From a virus, in IMG/VR virus record IMGVR_UViG_3300048914_000231, positions 32,001 to 96,000 of that record: DNA of 64,000 nt; one strand, 5' to 3'. A program made the translations under genes and the position numbers. Below are positions 53,795 through 62,494 of this stretch, one piece after another. A model generated the notes under the pieces. The model saw only the letters and a list, made by a program, of their open reading frames with translations, did no database searches and was not told the origin of the DNA. How positions within the stretch are numbered: position 1 is the stretch's first letter; each line of letters opens with the position of its first letter.

Positions 53795-53882
53795 TTGGGT
53801 GAGGTTGGGTGTCTTCTCTCCGCAGCTTGGGTGTTTGACCCCTTTCCGTAAGGAGCTTGGGTTACTTGGGTGTTTGACCCCT
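53795..53882. repeat. Iteron-like direct repeats
   Basis: CTTGGGTGTTTGACCCCT at 53826-53843 and 53865-53882; five TTGGGT hexamers. Confidence 0.8.
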
Positions 53883-54147
53883 CCGCTATAAGTACTTATA
53901 TATCTATACTAAAGTAAGAAGTACTTAAGTATTTTCGGAAACGCCTTGGATACCCAGGCCTGGGTATACCGGGATGGAGAAGCCGCGGCACAGAGGGAAG
54001 GCGGCCCGGGAAGGCTGCTTCCTCTATGGGAGAAGACTGGCGGGCGCGGGAGGAAGCGGGTCGGCGGGCGATTTTTCGGGTGTTCGGTTACTTGGTGGCG
54101 GGAGGGAGGTGATGTTGATGATTAGGCATTACCTCCACCCTCAATCC

Positions 54148-54260
54148 TTATACACGCTCCGTACACGTCTTATACACACCCTACGCACGTTCTTCCACGC
54201 ACTCCATACACGCCTCACACACCCTACGCACAGCCCTGTACGCGTCCTATGCGTGTACGT
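54148..54260. repeat. Degenerate ~11-bp tandem repeat (TAYACRC core)
   Basis: tatacacgctc cgtacacgtct tatacacaccc tacgcacgttc ...; CACACCCTACGCAC occurs twice. Confidence 0.7.
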
Positions 54261-54344
54261 TGAGCCTTCTTCACATACATGCCTGACGTTCTATGTGTGC
54301 ATGTATTCTTCCCATTCCGGTATGGTTTGCTTGTGGTCCTTCTT

Positions 54345-54842
54345 CTATGCGTTGCTCCAGCGGTCTCTGCCGTCGATGTTCTTCTGTTGCGGTTGGTCGT
54401 TTTCGTTTTTTGAGCTACTGTCGCCGAAGGTTGCCCAGCCTGTGTACGCCATAGAGGCCTGCTCTTCTTTTTGCCCTGCGTGGCCTGGGTTTGCCGGTTG
54501 AGCGGCTGCCCTGTCGTTGAGGCTTTTTGGCATGTCTTTCCGGGTTTGTCTTTCCATCTTTTCGATTTCTTTTCTGATGGCGTCTGCGTTCTGCCTGAGT
54601 TCCCATCTTGCCTGCTTTTCCGGGTTGATGAAGGTTTGCGTTTTGCTTTCGAAGCCGGTTTCGTGCCTTGCGTTGTAGTAGTCGGCCATCTTGTGTGCCG
54701 TGCTTTCCGCTACGTATTTGAAGCCGAGACTTTGCAGGTTGCCGGGCTTGTCCTCGCCCATGACGAGCCAGACCTGCCTGTCGAAGCGATTTTTGTCCTC
54801 TTCCGCGTAGTAGCGTTCGAATTCATACTTTGGCGTGCTCAT
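54345..54842 (-). CDS. Hypothetical early protein
   Basis: 165 aa, GGAG RBS. Confidence 0.65.
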   Translation of the reverse strand: MSTPKYEFERYYAEEDKNRFDRQVWLVMGEDKPGNLQSLGFKYVAESTAHKMADYYNARHETGFESKTQTFINPEKQARWELRQNADAIRKEIEKMERQTRKDMPKSLNDRAAAQPANPGHAGQKEEQASMAYTGWATFGDSSSKNENDQPQQKNIDGRDRWSNA

Positions 54843-54854
54843 ATGCGCAAACTC

Positions 54855-55508
54855 CTACCAGTTGGCCCACGTGTCGTAGGCGTCGATGCGAATTTCGTGT
54901 TCCAGCCTGATTTCGCTGCGCATCTGCCCGATCATGTCGATGCGCCAGTTGATCCGGATGGCGCGGTTTTCGATACGGTCCTGGCTGCAGTTGTCGATGA
55001 CGACCTGATCCCTGAAGCCGTTGTGAAAATACAGAACCATGCAGCCGCTTTTTGCCTCGACGCTTGCGATATTTTCCCTTTGAACGATGGCCCAGTCGTG
55101 CCGGTCATCCTTCAGAAGCAGATTCATCTTTTCGGCCCGGTGTCTGGCCACGAGATTGCTTGAGCAGGTTTCGATCACGTCCCGCCGGTCGTGGTTCGTC
55201 GTTCTGATTCTGTACGTCAGGTTGAAGCCGTCGGCGCCGAATTCGGCATGGTAATCGCCGTTCGTGTCGCGCTCGATCAGCAGCCGGTTGATCCGGTCGA
55301 TGCGCTCGTGCGTCAGGATATTGTCTCTGCTGCCGTCCGTGATCGCATACAGAATATCGGACTGGTTCAGACGCTCCTGATAAATGTTGCCGGCGTCGTT
55401 GATGTAGACCCGCACCATCAGCGGATCGATTGTCACATTCGTGGCGTCGTTTTCCAGGCGCTCCTGCTGCGCGTGCGCTTCCTGTTGTTCCCGCCGATTC
55501 ATTTTCAC
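54855..55508 (-). CDS. Hypothetical early protein
   Basis: 217 aa, GGAGG RBS; ends WANW. Confidence 0.65.
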   Translation of the reverse strand: MKMNRREQQEAHAQQERLENDATNVTIDPLMVRVYINDAGNIYQERLNQSDILYAITDGSRDNILTHERIDRINRLLIERDTNGDYHAEFGADGFNLTYRIRTTNHDRRDVIETCSSNLVARHRAEKMNLLLKDDRHDWAIVQRENIASVEAKSGCMVLYFHNGFRDQVVIDNCSQDRIENRAIRINWRIDMIGQMRSEIRLEHEIRIDAYDTWANW

Positions 55509-55646
55509 CCCTCCTGCGCTATACTGCCTTCGACACGCTCGTGTCCCTTCTGCTTAGGCGCCCTGACCCCTGCACTCTGCGCCGGTGCACTGTTCGCTGC
55601 CATCCCAGCATTGCCGGTGACGTTCTTCCCAGCGTCACCGGCATTT

Positions 55647-55964
55647 TTATTGGGCCGGGCCGAACTTCATCGCGTGCATGATCCGGCCGAGATCGAGCGC
55701 GACGGCATCGAAGAACGCGCCGTCGTGATCCTGATCCAGAATGTCCGGTTCGTCCTTCACGAACAGCCCGTCCTGATTCACGACGTAGCCGATGTTGTTG
55801 AGCAGCTGGTAGGTCTGCTCCTTGATGTCGTAATAGCGGCGGATCAGGCGGGTATCCTTGCTCGTCATCGCGTAGGCCTGCAGGTCGGTCATTTCGTCGA
55901 CCTTGTTCCAGTACAGCCTGGCTTCCAGTTCGCTGGCTTCGCGCCAGGTCAGTTGCAGATTCAT
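55647..55964 (-). CDS. Hypothetical early protein
   Basis: Start re-called at MNLQL behind AGGAG. Confidence 0.6.
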   Translation of the reverse strand: MNLQLTWREASELEARLYWNKVDEMTDLQAYAMTSKDTRLIRRYYDIKEQTYQLLNNIGYVVNQDGLFVKDEPDILDQDHDGAFFDAVALDLGRIMHAMKFGPAQ

Positions 55965-56342
55965 GGACTCTCCTGTTATGCGCATGTGCGCTTTGCAATA
56001 CGTCATTGTCGCCCCGGTGATTCGGCATTGCAATCTGGACACGCGGCGGGCTGGTCGATCGGTCCGACCGTTTAAACGCGTTTTGAGCGCTCGGATGCGT
56101 GCGACGTCATCAGGTGACAACCGATTGTAGAAAACGTCTTGTACGCCCGTTTTGACCCGTTTGCGGGCGGGCTGATCCCGTATCGGTCGATTTGCGCAAA
56201 TGACGCTGGAAAAGTTCGGCACTGCTTGCGCGTTGGGTCCGCATTGTCTTGGCTAAGTTGTTGATTTTTAAGGCATTTGCCAAGGCGGTGAAATATTGCA
56301 TAAATAGCAGGCATAAGCCTGCTATTGTTGTATTTCATGCAA

Positions 56343-56531
56343 TTACCTGGTGGAACCGCCAGGTCCGGGCGCCAGCACGTAGCCGCAGGTGCGCAGTGCG
56401 TCCTCCCTTGCCTCTTCTGCCGTGCTCCAGCGCGCGACGGAGACCGGCCTGCCATAGCCTTCCGTCACCACGGTCCATTTGCTGACGTGCCAGAGCGGGC
56501 GCGGATTTTGGTCTTGATGCCAGGTACTCAT
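56343..56531 (-). CDS. Small hypothetical protein
   Basis: 62 aa, AAGGA RBS. Confidence 0.5.
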   Translation of the reverse strand: MSTWHQDQNPRPLWHVSKWTVVTEGYGRPVSVARWSTAEEAREDALRTCGYVLAPGPGGSTR

Positions 56532-56540
56532 GATGTCCTT

Positions 56541-56741
56541 TCAGGGCAGCTCGGGCGTAATGTGCCGATGTTCACGATGGCCGCACGCCTTGCACTGGTA
56601 GGCGTCGGGTTCGTCCGTGTGGCGCATTTCACCGCCGCAGTCCGGGCAGGGCGGGCGCAGGTTTGGATCGCGAAAGTCCAGGCCGGTCAGCAGGGTGGCA
56701 ATCATGACGATCAGGATGATGGTTAAAAGAATGGCGAGCAT
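56541..56741 (-). CDS. Small TM + zinc-ribbon protein
   Basis: N-terminal TM, CPDC...CKAC. Confidence 0.55.
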   Translation of the reverse strand: MLAILLTIILIVMIATLLTGLDFRDPNLRPPCPDCGGEMRHTDEPDAYQCKACGHREHRHITPELP

Positions 56742-56822
56742 GACTGGTCTCCGTTTAGCGCTGGTTGGCTTCGGGCATGCTGGCATACAGCGCGAGTGCG
56801 GCCGCCGCACGGGTGGTTTTCA

Positions 56823-57110
56823 TCACAGTTCTCCGATCAGGGTCATGAACAGTTCGGTGCTGGCAACCGCGGCGGCAAATTCTGCGCTGCTGAAGTCGCC
56901 CGAATTCATCAGAACGGCGCGCGTCAGGTTCAGGATCGTCTGCTCGACGTCCACCTGGACTTCTTCATCGCTCCGGTAGGTCAGCACACCGAGCTCGGGA
57001 TCGGCACTGGTGGCGCTGTCGGCACCATTCTTCACTACAACTTCCCCACCCGGCGTGATGATCAGGGTGCCCACCGGGCAGGCGGAGAAGTTCAGGTTAC
57101 GTTGGCTCAT
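56823..57110 (-). CDS. Hypothetical early protein
   Basis: Start re-called behind AAGGAG. Confidence 0.6.
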   Translation of the reverse strand: MSQRNLNFSACPVGTLIITPGGEVVVKNGADSATSADPELGVLTYRSDEEVQVDVEQTILNLTRAVLMNSGDFSSAEFAAAVASTELFMTLIGEL

Positions 57111-57258
57111 CGTTTTCTCCTTCATGCGCTGTTGCGCTGTTTCGATAGAGTCATTATCGCGACCGGTATGCGGCGATCGTGTGGCTGGTACATGCGCCGG
57201 GCCACTTTTCCATGGCATGTTTTGCGTGGAGCAAAAGCGGGCGCTCGGCCCGCTCGTG

Positions 57259-58161
57259 TTACGGCTGTTCGCCGATCGCCTTGTAGCCGGCGTCGACCGC
57301 GGCGTTGGCCCTTTCCCATGCCGGGTCTTCGTTGCCGCCCTGTTCGTGCAAGTCTTCGGCGCGCGAACGGGCGTACGGCAGCAGATCGCGAATGACCGCC
57401 TTCGACGTCACGGTCGTGTCCGTGCGGTTGATACGCTCGCACAGACTGTCAATGTTTTCGGCCAACTGTGCGCGGTCATCGGCCGTTTCTACGCCGATAT
57501 TATCTTCGGCCAGGATATCGATGATGCCTTCGCTCAACTGATGGCGCTGTTCCTGCAGGCAGCGCAGGCCAGCCAGAATCAGCGTGACATCGAGATTTTG
57601 CGGCGACGGCGGTGCGTAATCCAGGTTCGCCTGTTCTTCCAGATGCCGCCAACCTTCCAGCGCGGCCACTTTCATCGCTGGCGCCATGACATTCCAGGTG
57701 GGGCGCAAATCACCCAGCGCTTGATCGGCAAGGCCACCATCCGTAATGCCAGCGATTTCCTGTACGTGCAAGACAGCGGCTTCGATGTCGTTCAGCTTGG
57801 CGGCGTCCAGCAGCGCCTCATCGGTCATGCGCCGCCATGCCCGCGCCGGCTTGGCATCGGCTTCGACGAAGATGAAGATCGGCCAGCCGTACTGACGATG
57901 CAATTCTTCGGCGTACTCGATGGCGTCGGTGCGCATCGAGAAATCGCCGGCGCATTGCACACCTTCGCAGAGTTGGCTGTTGCCGGGTTTGTAGTGCAGG
58001 TAGACGGAAAAGAAATCCGGGTATTCGTTGTCGCGCTCAATAACTTCCTGATCCATCCTGCCCACCCGTCGTACGCCATACACTTCGATGCCGTTGAAGT
58101 CTTCTGGCTGGCCGCCGATCACGGAATCGGCATAACGGTCAAACATTTTTTCCTGACTCAT
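57259..58161 (-). CDS. Hypothetical acidic multidomain early protein
   Basis: 300 aa, AGGAG RBS. Confidence 0.7.
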   Translation of the reverse strand: MSQEKMFDRYADSVIGGQPEDFNGIEVYGVRRVGRMDQEVIERDNEYPDFFSVYLHYKPGNSQLCEGVQCAGDFSMRTDAIEYAEELHRQYGWPIFIFVEADAKPARAWRRMTDEALLDAAKLNDIEAAVLHVQEIAGITDGGLADQALGDLRPTWNVMAPAMKVAALEGWRHLEEQANLDYAPPSPQNLDVTLILAGLRCLQEQRHQLSEGIIDILAEDNIGVETADDRAQLAENIDSLCERINRTDTTVTSKAVIRDLLPYARSRAEDLHEQGGNEDPAWERANAAVDAGYKAIGEQP

Positions 58162-58204
58162 GGTTTCTCCTGATGTGGGCCGGCATTGTGCCAGCCCGAT
58201 TGTG

Positions 58205-58519
58205 TTAAATCTTTTCCCAGCCGACCGCTGCGCACAGCCAGGCGTTGCCGCCGGTCACGACAATGTCGCCGCACGAGACAGAGCGGATGCGCCCGTACTT
58301 CTGCTCGCGCTCTTCCTGCCGGCCTGGATGGTTGGTCAGGTCGAAGCATTCTTCGGCGGCCGCTTCACCCACACGCGCGCCAACCTTGACAGTGGCCGCG
58401 GTCTTGTAGCGCCCATCCTGATACGCCGCGATCAGTTGCGGCTTGGACGATGAAAACCAGGCGTCGCGTTGCAGGTAATCAGGCGGGAACATCACGAAGG
58501 CGGTGTTATTGATGGTCAT
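58205..58519 (-). CDS. YodL-like domain protein
   Basis: RSVSCGDIVV...VGW motif. Confidence 0.6.
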   Translation of the reverse strand: MTINNTAFVMFPPDYLQRDAWFSSSKPQLIAAYQDGRYKTAATVKVGARVGEAAAEECFDLTNHPGRQEEREQKYGRIRSVSCGDIVVTGGNAWLCAAVGWEKI

Positions 58520-58606
58520 TTCGTTTCTCTCGGTTGTCGCTGCACGTCGCAGCAAAACCAGTATGACGCCCGCAATATGGCAGCGGGCGTCGGCATGGTG
58601 GCTGGT

Positions 58607-59086
58607 TTAGTGCAGCGTTACGCCGGTCGGCGCGCCTTCGCGCCACAGCATGTCCTGATGATGTGCGACGACGTGGTCGAAGCCCTCCTGCCAGGGCATC
58701 AGGCCCGCCAGGTCGGCAATCACCAGCTGGACGAACTGCTCCGGCTGCAGCGCCGGGTTGTCATGAAATGCCACCGATGCCAGCTCCCTGACCATGTCCG
58801 GCTGGGCCGAGGTCTTGATGGCAAAATTGTTACCCTGCATGTCGAATACCTCGCCATCGGCGGGTGGGCCATTGTCGATCATGCGATGACCGGCGGCGTG
58901 CACGATGGCGCCGCAGGAAACGACATTCGGGCCGATGACCATGAGCTCCGGCAGACCGCGCCTGGCCAGGCCCAGTGTGTAGGCGTAGGGCGTGCCGTCC
59001 TGCAATTCTCCACCCATCACCGCAAAGCCGCATTGGCCCTTTTGCTTTGCGATCAGTGCGGACTCTACCTTGTTCAACATTTCCAT
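58607..59086 (-). CDS. DUF4262-like protein
   Basis: YAYTLGL...GLPELMVIG...QLVIAD..G.MPW. Confidence 0.7.
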   Translation of the reverse strand: MEMLNKVESALIAKQKGQCGFAVMGGELQDGTPYAYTLGLARRGLPELMVIGPNVVSCGAIVHAAGHRMIDNGPPADGEVFDMQGNNFAIKTSAQPDMVRELASVAFHDNPALQPEQFVQLVIADLAGLMPWQEGFDHVVAHHQDMLWREGAPTGVTLH

Positions 59087-59162
59087 TCTCTCCTTCGTGA
59101 TGTGCGTCGCACCGTGCGACTGGTATATTGTGCCCGCGCATGCATGGCGTGGGTACGGCGGG

Positions 59163-59390
59163 CTAGAAGCTGCCGAAACCCGGGTATGGGCTTGGCTTCA
59201 CACCGAACAGGTGGTCGAGGTCTTCCCGGCTTGCCGTTGGCAGAATGCGGCGGTATTCCTGACAGCAGGACAGACACAGGAAACTGTTAGCCCAGCGTGC
59301 GGAAGGAACGGTGACTGTTCCACTGCGACATGTGTGGCAGTCAAACTGATCGCCCGGTTCGAATTCACCGCTGATCGGATCGGGACTCAC
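59163..59390 (-). CDS. Small zinc-finger protein
   Basis: CHTC...CLSC. Confidence 0.5.
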   Translation of the reverse strand: MSPDPISGEFEPGDQFDCHTCRSGTVTVPSARWANSFLCLSCCQEYRRILPTASREDLDHLFGVKPSPYPGFGSF

Positions 59391-59554
59391 GCCACCTCCG
59401 GTAGTTGGGCGATCAGCTGCGGCAGGCTGCCGAGAATGCGCCGCACCGTCGATGGCGAAGTGCCGACATGCTGGGCGATATCGGCCGCCGTCATGGTGCG
59501 CGCCAGTTCGATCACGCGTGGCAGAATCTCTTCGATTCTCGGCGTGAGCTTCAT
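59387..59554 (-). CDS. Small HTH protein
   Basis: TAADIAQHVGTSPSTVRRIL. Confidence 0.65.
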   Translation of the reverse strand: MKLTPRIEEILPRVIELARTMTAADIAQHVGTSPSTVRRILGSLPQLIAQLPEVA

Positions 59555-60264
59555 GCGTATTCCTCCGGATAGACCTCGGACAGGTCGCGCTTGCACACGT
59601 CTACACGCATGCGTGCCTCATTGATCTCCACGACCAGCTCCTCGCCTTCTTCATGGCGGGTGCCAATCCTTTCGACGCGGCGCGCCAGGTCTTCCATGAT
59701 CATGGCGGCATCGTAATGCGAGCCGGCCGGGCTGTTCCAGCGCTGCATGGCGGCGCGCACGCCAACCCGCATCCAGTCGGCCAGGTTCTTGGCCAGTTCG
59801 CCGTCCGGGTCGATTAAATCAAGAGTTCGCAATTCGTATTCGTCATGTCCGAACTCCTCGTTGAACTTCTCGACGCCTTTGCGTACCGACTCGGCAATGA
59901 TCAGCTCCATTTCCTCGCCGATTTCGTCTTCGGTCGGCACGCTGCGCACCGGTCCCGGCTGGGTGGTACCGTTAAAGAGGATGTATTCCAGCTGGCGCAT
60001 TACCTCGCCGGTCCATGTCTGCGTTGGCGTGACGAAAAAGTTCTGCGCATACCACCAGCCGGATTCGACCCGCAGGTACAGGCGCGCGCCCAGCGCCAGC
60101 ATTTCATCGGCGATGGCGCCGTGTTTCAGGCCACCGGGCAGGTGTTCCATGCAGTCGTGTCCGATCGTGTCGCCAAACGACGCGTCGAAGTGCGGCATGT
60201 TCTTGAGAACCCAGCCGGTTGCGCCTTCCTGGTCACGGCCCCACACGAACACGTGCCGGCTCAT
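59551..60264 (-). CDS. Hypothetical protein (HDxxEH possible metal site)
   Basis: Start re-called; IGHDCMEH...DEMLALG. Confidence 0.6.
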   Translation of the reverse strand: MSRHVFVWGRDQEGATGWVLKNMPHFDASFGDTIGHDCMEHLPGGLKHGAIADEMLALGARLYLRVESGWWYAQNFFVTPTQTWTGEVMRQLEYILFNGTTQPGPVRSVPTEDEIGEEMELIIAESVRKGVEKFNEEFGHDEYELRTLDLIDPDGELAKNLADWMRVGVRAAMQRWNSPAGSHYDAAMIMEDLARRVERIGTRHEEGEELVVEINEARMRVDVCKRDLSEVYPEEYA

Positions 60265-60557
60265 TTCGGCAGCTCCATGTGCCCGATGTAGTTGCCGACC
60301 CAGGCGGTGAACACGGCGCGCGCCTTGTCGTATTCGAACATCGAGGTGCCGAACACCTCGCATTTGTGCTCGACGTCGGCGACGCCGCTGCCGGTGATCA
60401 GGCGATAGTCGACCACGTTGGCGACGTGGTTGTCGCCTTCGAACTTGGCGGTCAGACGAAAGCGCACGTGCGAATCCTGAAACAGGCGGTGCACGAACGT
60501 GGTCGGGTCGACCTGGCCGACGACGCCGGCATTAAAGTGGTCCAGAGGCATTTTCAT
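60261..60557 (-). CDS. Hypothetical early protein
   Basis: 98 aa. Confidence 0.55.
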   Translation of the reverse strand: MKMPLDHFNAGVVGQVDPTTFVHRLFQDSHVRFRLTAKFEGDNHVANVVDYRLITGSGVADVEHKCEVFGTSMFEYDKARAVFTAWVGNYIGHMELPK

Positions 60558-60637
60558 TTTGTTTCTCTTCGTGTTGTTGCGATGTAGTAATTATGATGTC
60601 CGGTATGCGGCACCGGGGTGGCGCATTGATGCCCGCC

Positions 60638-60937
60638 TTACCAGCTGCCGGCCAGCGTATGGGTTGGCAGGTCGGCTTTGGCCAGTTCGTGCGCCTTGAG
60701 CCAAATCGCCTGTTCCCATTGCAGGTCGTGCCACAGTTTGTCGAAGCCACGGGTGCGTTTTTCAAGCCATTTGCCCTGTTCCAGTTGCAGGTCGCGCCAG
60801 GCCTGCTCCCACGCCTGGCGTTCCAGCTCGACGCGAACGCGCTCGCGCACGACCCTGTTGGCTTTCTCGCGCTCACGCAGCGCGGCGGCCTTCTGGATCT
60901 GATCGCGCTGCCTGACGCGTTTCTGCTTCTTGTTCAC
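60638..60937 (-). CDS. Basic coiled-coil protein
   Basis: 99 aa with internal repeat WRDLQLEQ / WHDLQWEQ. Confidence 0.5.
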   Translation of the reverse strand: MNKKQKRVRQRDQIQKAAALREREKANRVVRERVRVELERQAWEQAWRDLQLEQGKWLEKRTRGFDKLWHDLQWEQAIWLKAHELAKADLPTHTLAGSW

Positions 60938-61251
60938 ACCGCATCCTCAAGCAGTTCGTAGCGTGCATTGTGCTCGATGGTGGTTTCGGTGATCAGACCT
61001 TCCTTCTTGCCGGCGATGCCGCGCAGAATGGCGACCGAGCAGCAGATTTCAGGATACTTGCCGGTGTACGGCATGATCTTCTCGACGCGCATGCCATCGT
61101 TGCCGTTGGTCCAGAACCTGATCACGTCGCCAACCTGCAGTTCCGGCCCCATCCTGAAGCCGCGCTTTGCGTTCTGTTCGGCCGCCCAACTGCCGGCGCG
61201 CGGGGTGATCGGCTGGTGCCGGCCATTCCTGAATTGTCCGTAGCCCATCAT
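60934..61251 (-). CDS. Hypothetical early protein
   Basis: 105 aa, coupled to neighbours. Confidence 0.55.
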   Translation of the reverse strand: MMGYGQFRNGRHQPITPRAGSWAAEQNAKRGFRMGPELQVGDVIRFWTNGNDGMRVEKIMPYTGKYPEICCSVAILRGIAGKKEGLITETTIEHNARYELLEDAV

Positions 61252-61559
61252 GCCTCCCGCTGCAGCGTGGATTGACTGTCGAGCCAGGCGACGACGCCTT
61301 CGAACGACGCTTCCGGTGCGCCCTCGCTGGCCAGCAGGCGGTAGTTGACCTCGTTGGCGTAGTAGTTCTGCTGGCGCTCGCTGGTCAGGAACACGGCGGT
61401 GGCGAACGCGTCGGTGGTCTGGATCACGACGATCTTGCCGGCGCCGCTGCCGTCGCGCCTGATGTGGAAACTGACATGCACGTCATCGTTGAAGATGGTC
61501 AGGCGCGTGCGCCATGCATTGTCATACTCCGGGACAATCGGTTTCATGTTTCTCTCCAT
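61248..61559 (-). CDS. Hypothetical early protein
   Basis: ~100 aa behind TTGCGA-17-GATAAT promoter. Confidence 0.55.
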   Translation of the reverse strand: MERNMKPIVPEYDNAWRTRLTIFNDDVHVSFHIRRDGSGAGKIVVIQTTDAFATAVFLTSERQQNYYANEVNYRLLASEGAPEASFEGVVAWLDSQSTLQREA

Positions 61560-61760
61560 TAATGTCGTACATCACGACTGACTGATAGCGATTATCGCGC
61601 GCGCTGCCCGGCGTCGCAACCGGACGCGCACTCTTCGCCACCGTGTTTCAGGTCCGACGATTTAAACGCGTTTTAAGACATTTTCGCGCAAACTGGTGCG
61701 CTGGTATCAACCGGGTCGTTCCAACGCCCTGTAGCGCGTTCTGCGGGCAGGAAAACCGGT

Positions 61761-62429
61761 TTATGCTGCGTTATCTGGTTGAGACGATGACTCAGCTTTT
61801 CTTTTGGCGATCCCGGCCTGGCGCGAAGCACGTATTTTGGCGATTGTTTCAGCTGATTTCGGCTTGCCTTTCAAAGCAGCACTTCGCTTGGCGTTGGACT
61901 CAGGCTTCGACTGGCGTGAAGACGAAGCCGCGGACATTTTTGCACGTGCCTCTTCCGTGATTGGCTTGCGATTTCGTTGCGCTGCGCGCATTCGCTCCAA
62001 AGTCTCGGGTGATTTTGATTTTCCCTTGAGCGCCTCGGAAATTAGACGACGCGCATCTTTCGTTACTGATACGCGACCTTTCTTTGCCAGACTCATGCGG
62101 GCCTTGGACTCTTCGCTGCATTTGGTTCCGAGACGAGATTTGGAAACGCCACAGACATTGTAGCCATAACTGCCATCGGCGGCCTTGTGTGCATCGATAA
62201 ATAGTTGCTCCTGAGCAGTCATATTCGCGACGCCGCACTCGCATAAGACAGTCAAAAGAAATGCGCTCTCTCCATCAATGTCCCAGGCTCGTTGAAGGTG
62301 AGGCGAATGATGAGCGCCTTTCCTAAGAGCCCACTTGTGTTGCTTCCACCTACGCTCAATGTTGATTGAACTTCCGATGTAAATTTTGCCATTGGTGGTG
62401 TTGATGATGGAATAAATGCCAGTCGTCAT
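61761..62429 (-). CDS. GIY-YIG homing endonuclease with NUMOD3 repeats
   Basis: GIYSIINTTNGKIYIGSS, R..QH; repeated SEESKARMS/SPETLERMR motifs; lower GC. Confidence 0.92.
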   Translation of the reverse strand: MTTGIYSIINTTNGKIYIGSSINIERRWKQHKWALRKGAHHSPHLQRAWDIDGESAFLLTVLCECGVANMTAQEQLFIDAHKAADGSYGYNVCGVSKSRLGTKCSEESKARMSLAKKGRVSVTKDARRLISEALKGKSKSPETLERMRAAQRNRKPITEEARAKMSAASSSRQSKPESNAKRSAALKGKPKSAETIAKIRASRQAGIAKRKAESSSQPDNAA

Positions 62430-62480
62430 GCTGTTTCCAAAAAGAAAAGACCAGTCTAGGATGACTGGTCTTTGTCGTCA

Positions 62481-62494
62481 AGTCAGTTTTGACT
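62481..62494. promoter_or_regulatory. Operator copy 13 (GIY-YIG gene)
   Basis: AGTCA-GTTT-TGACT abutting TTGACG-17-TAGACT. Confidence 0.75.
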
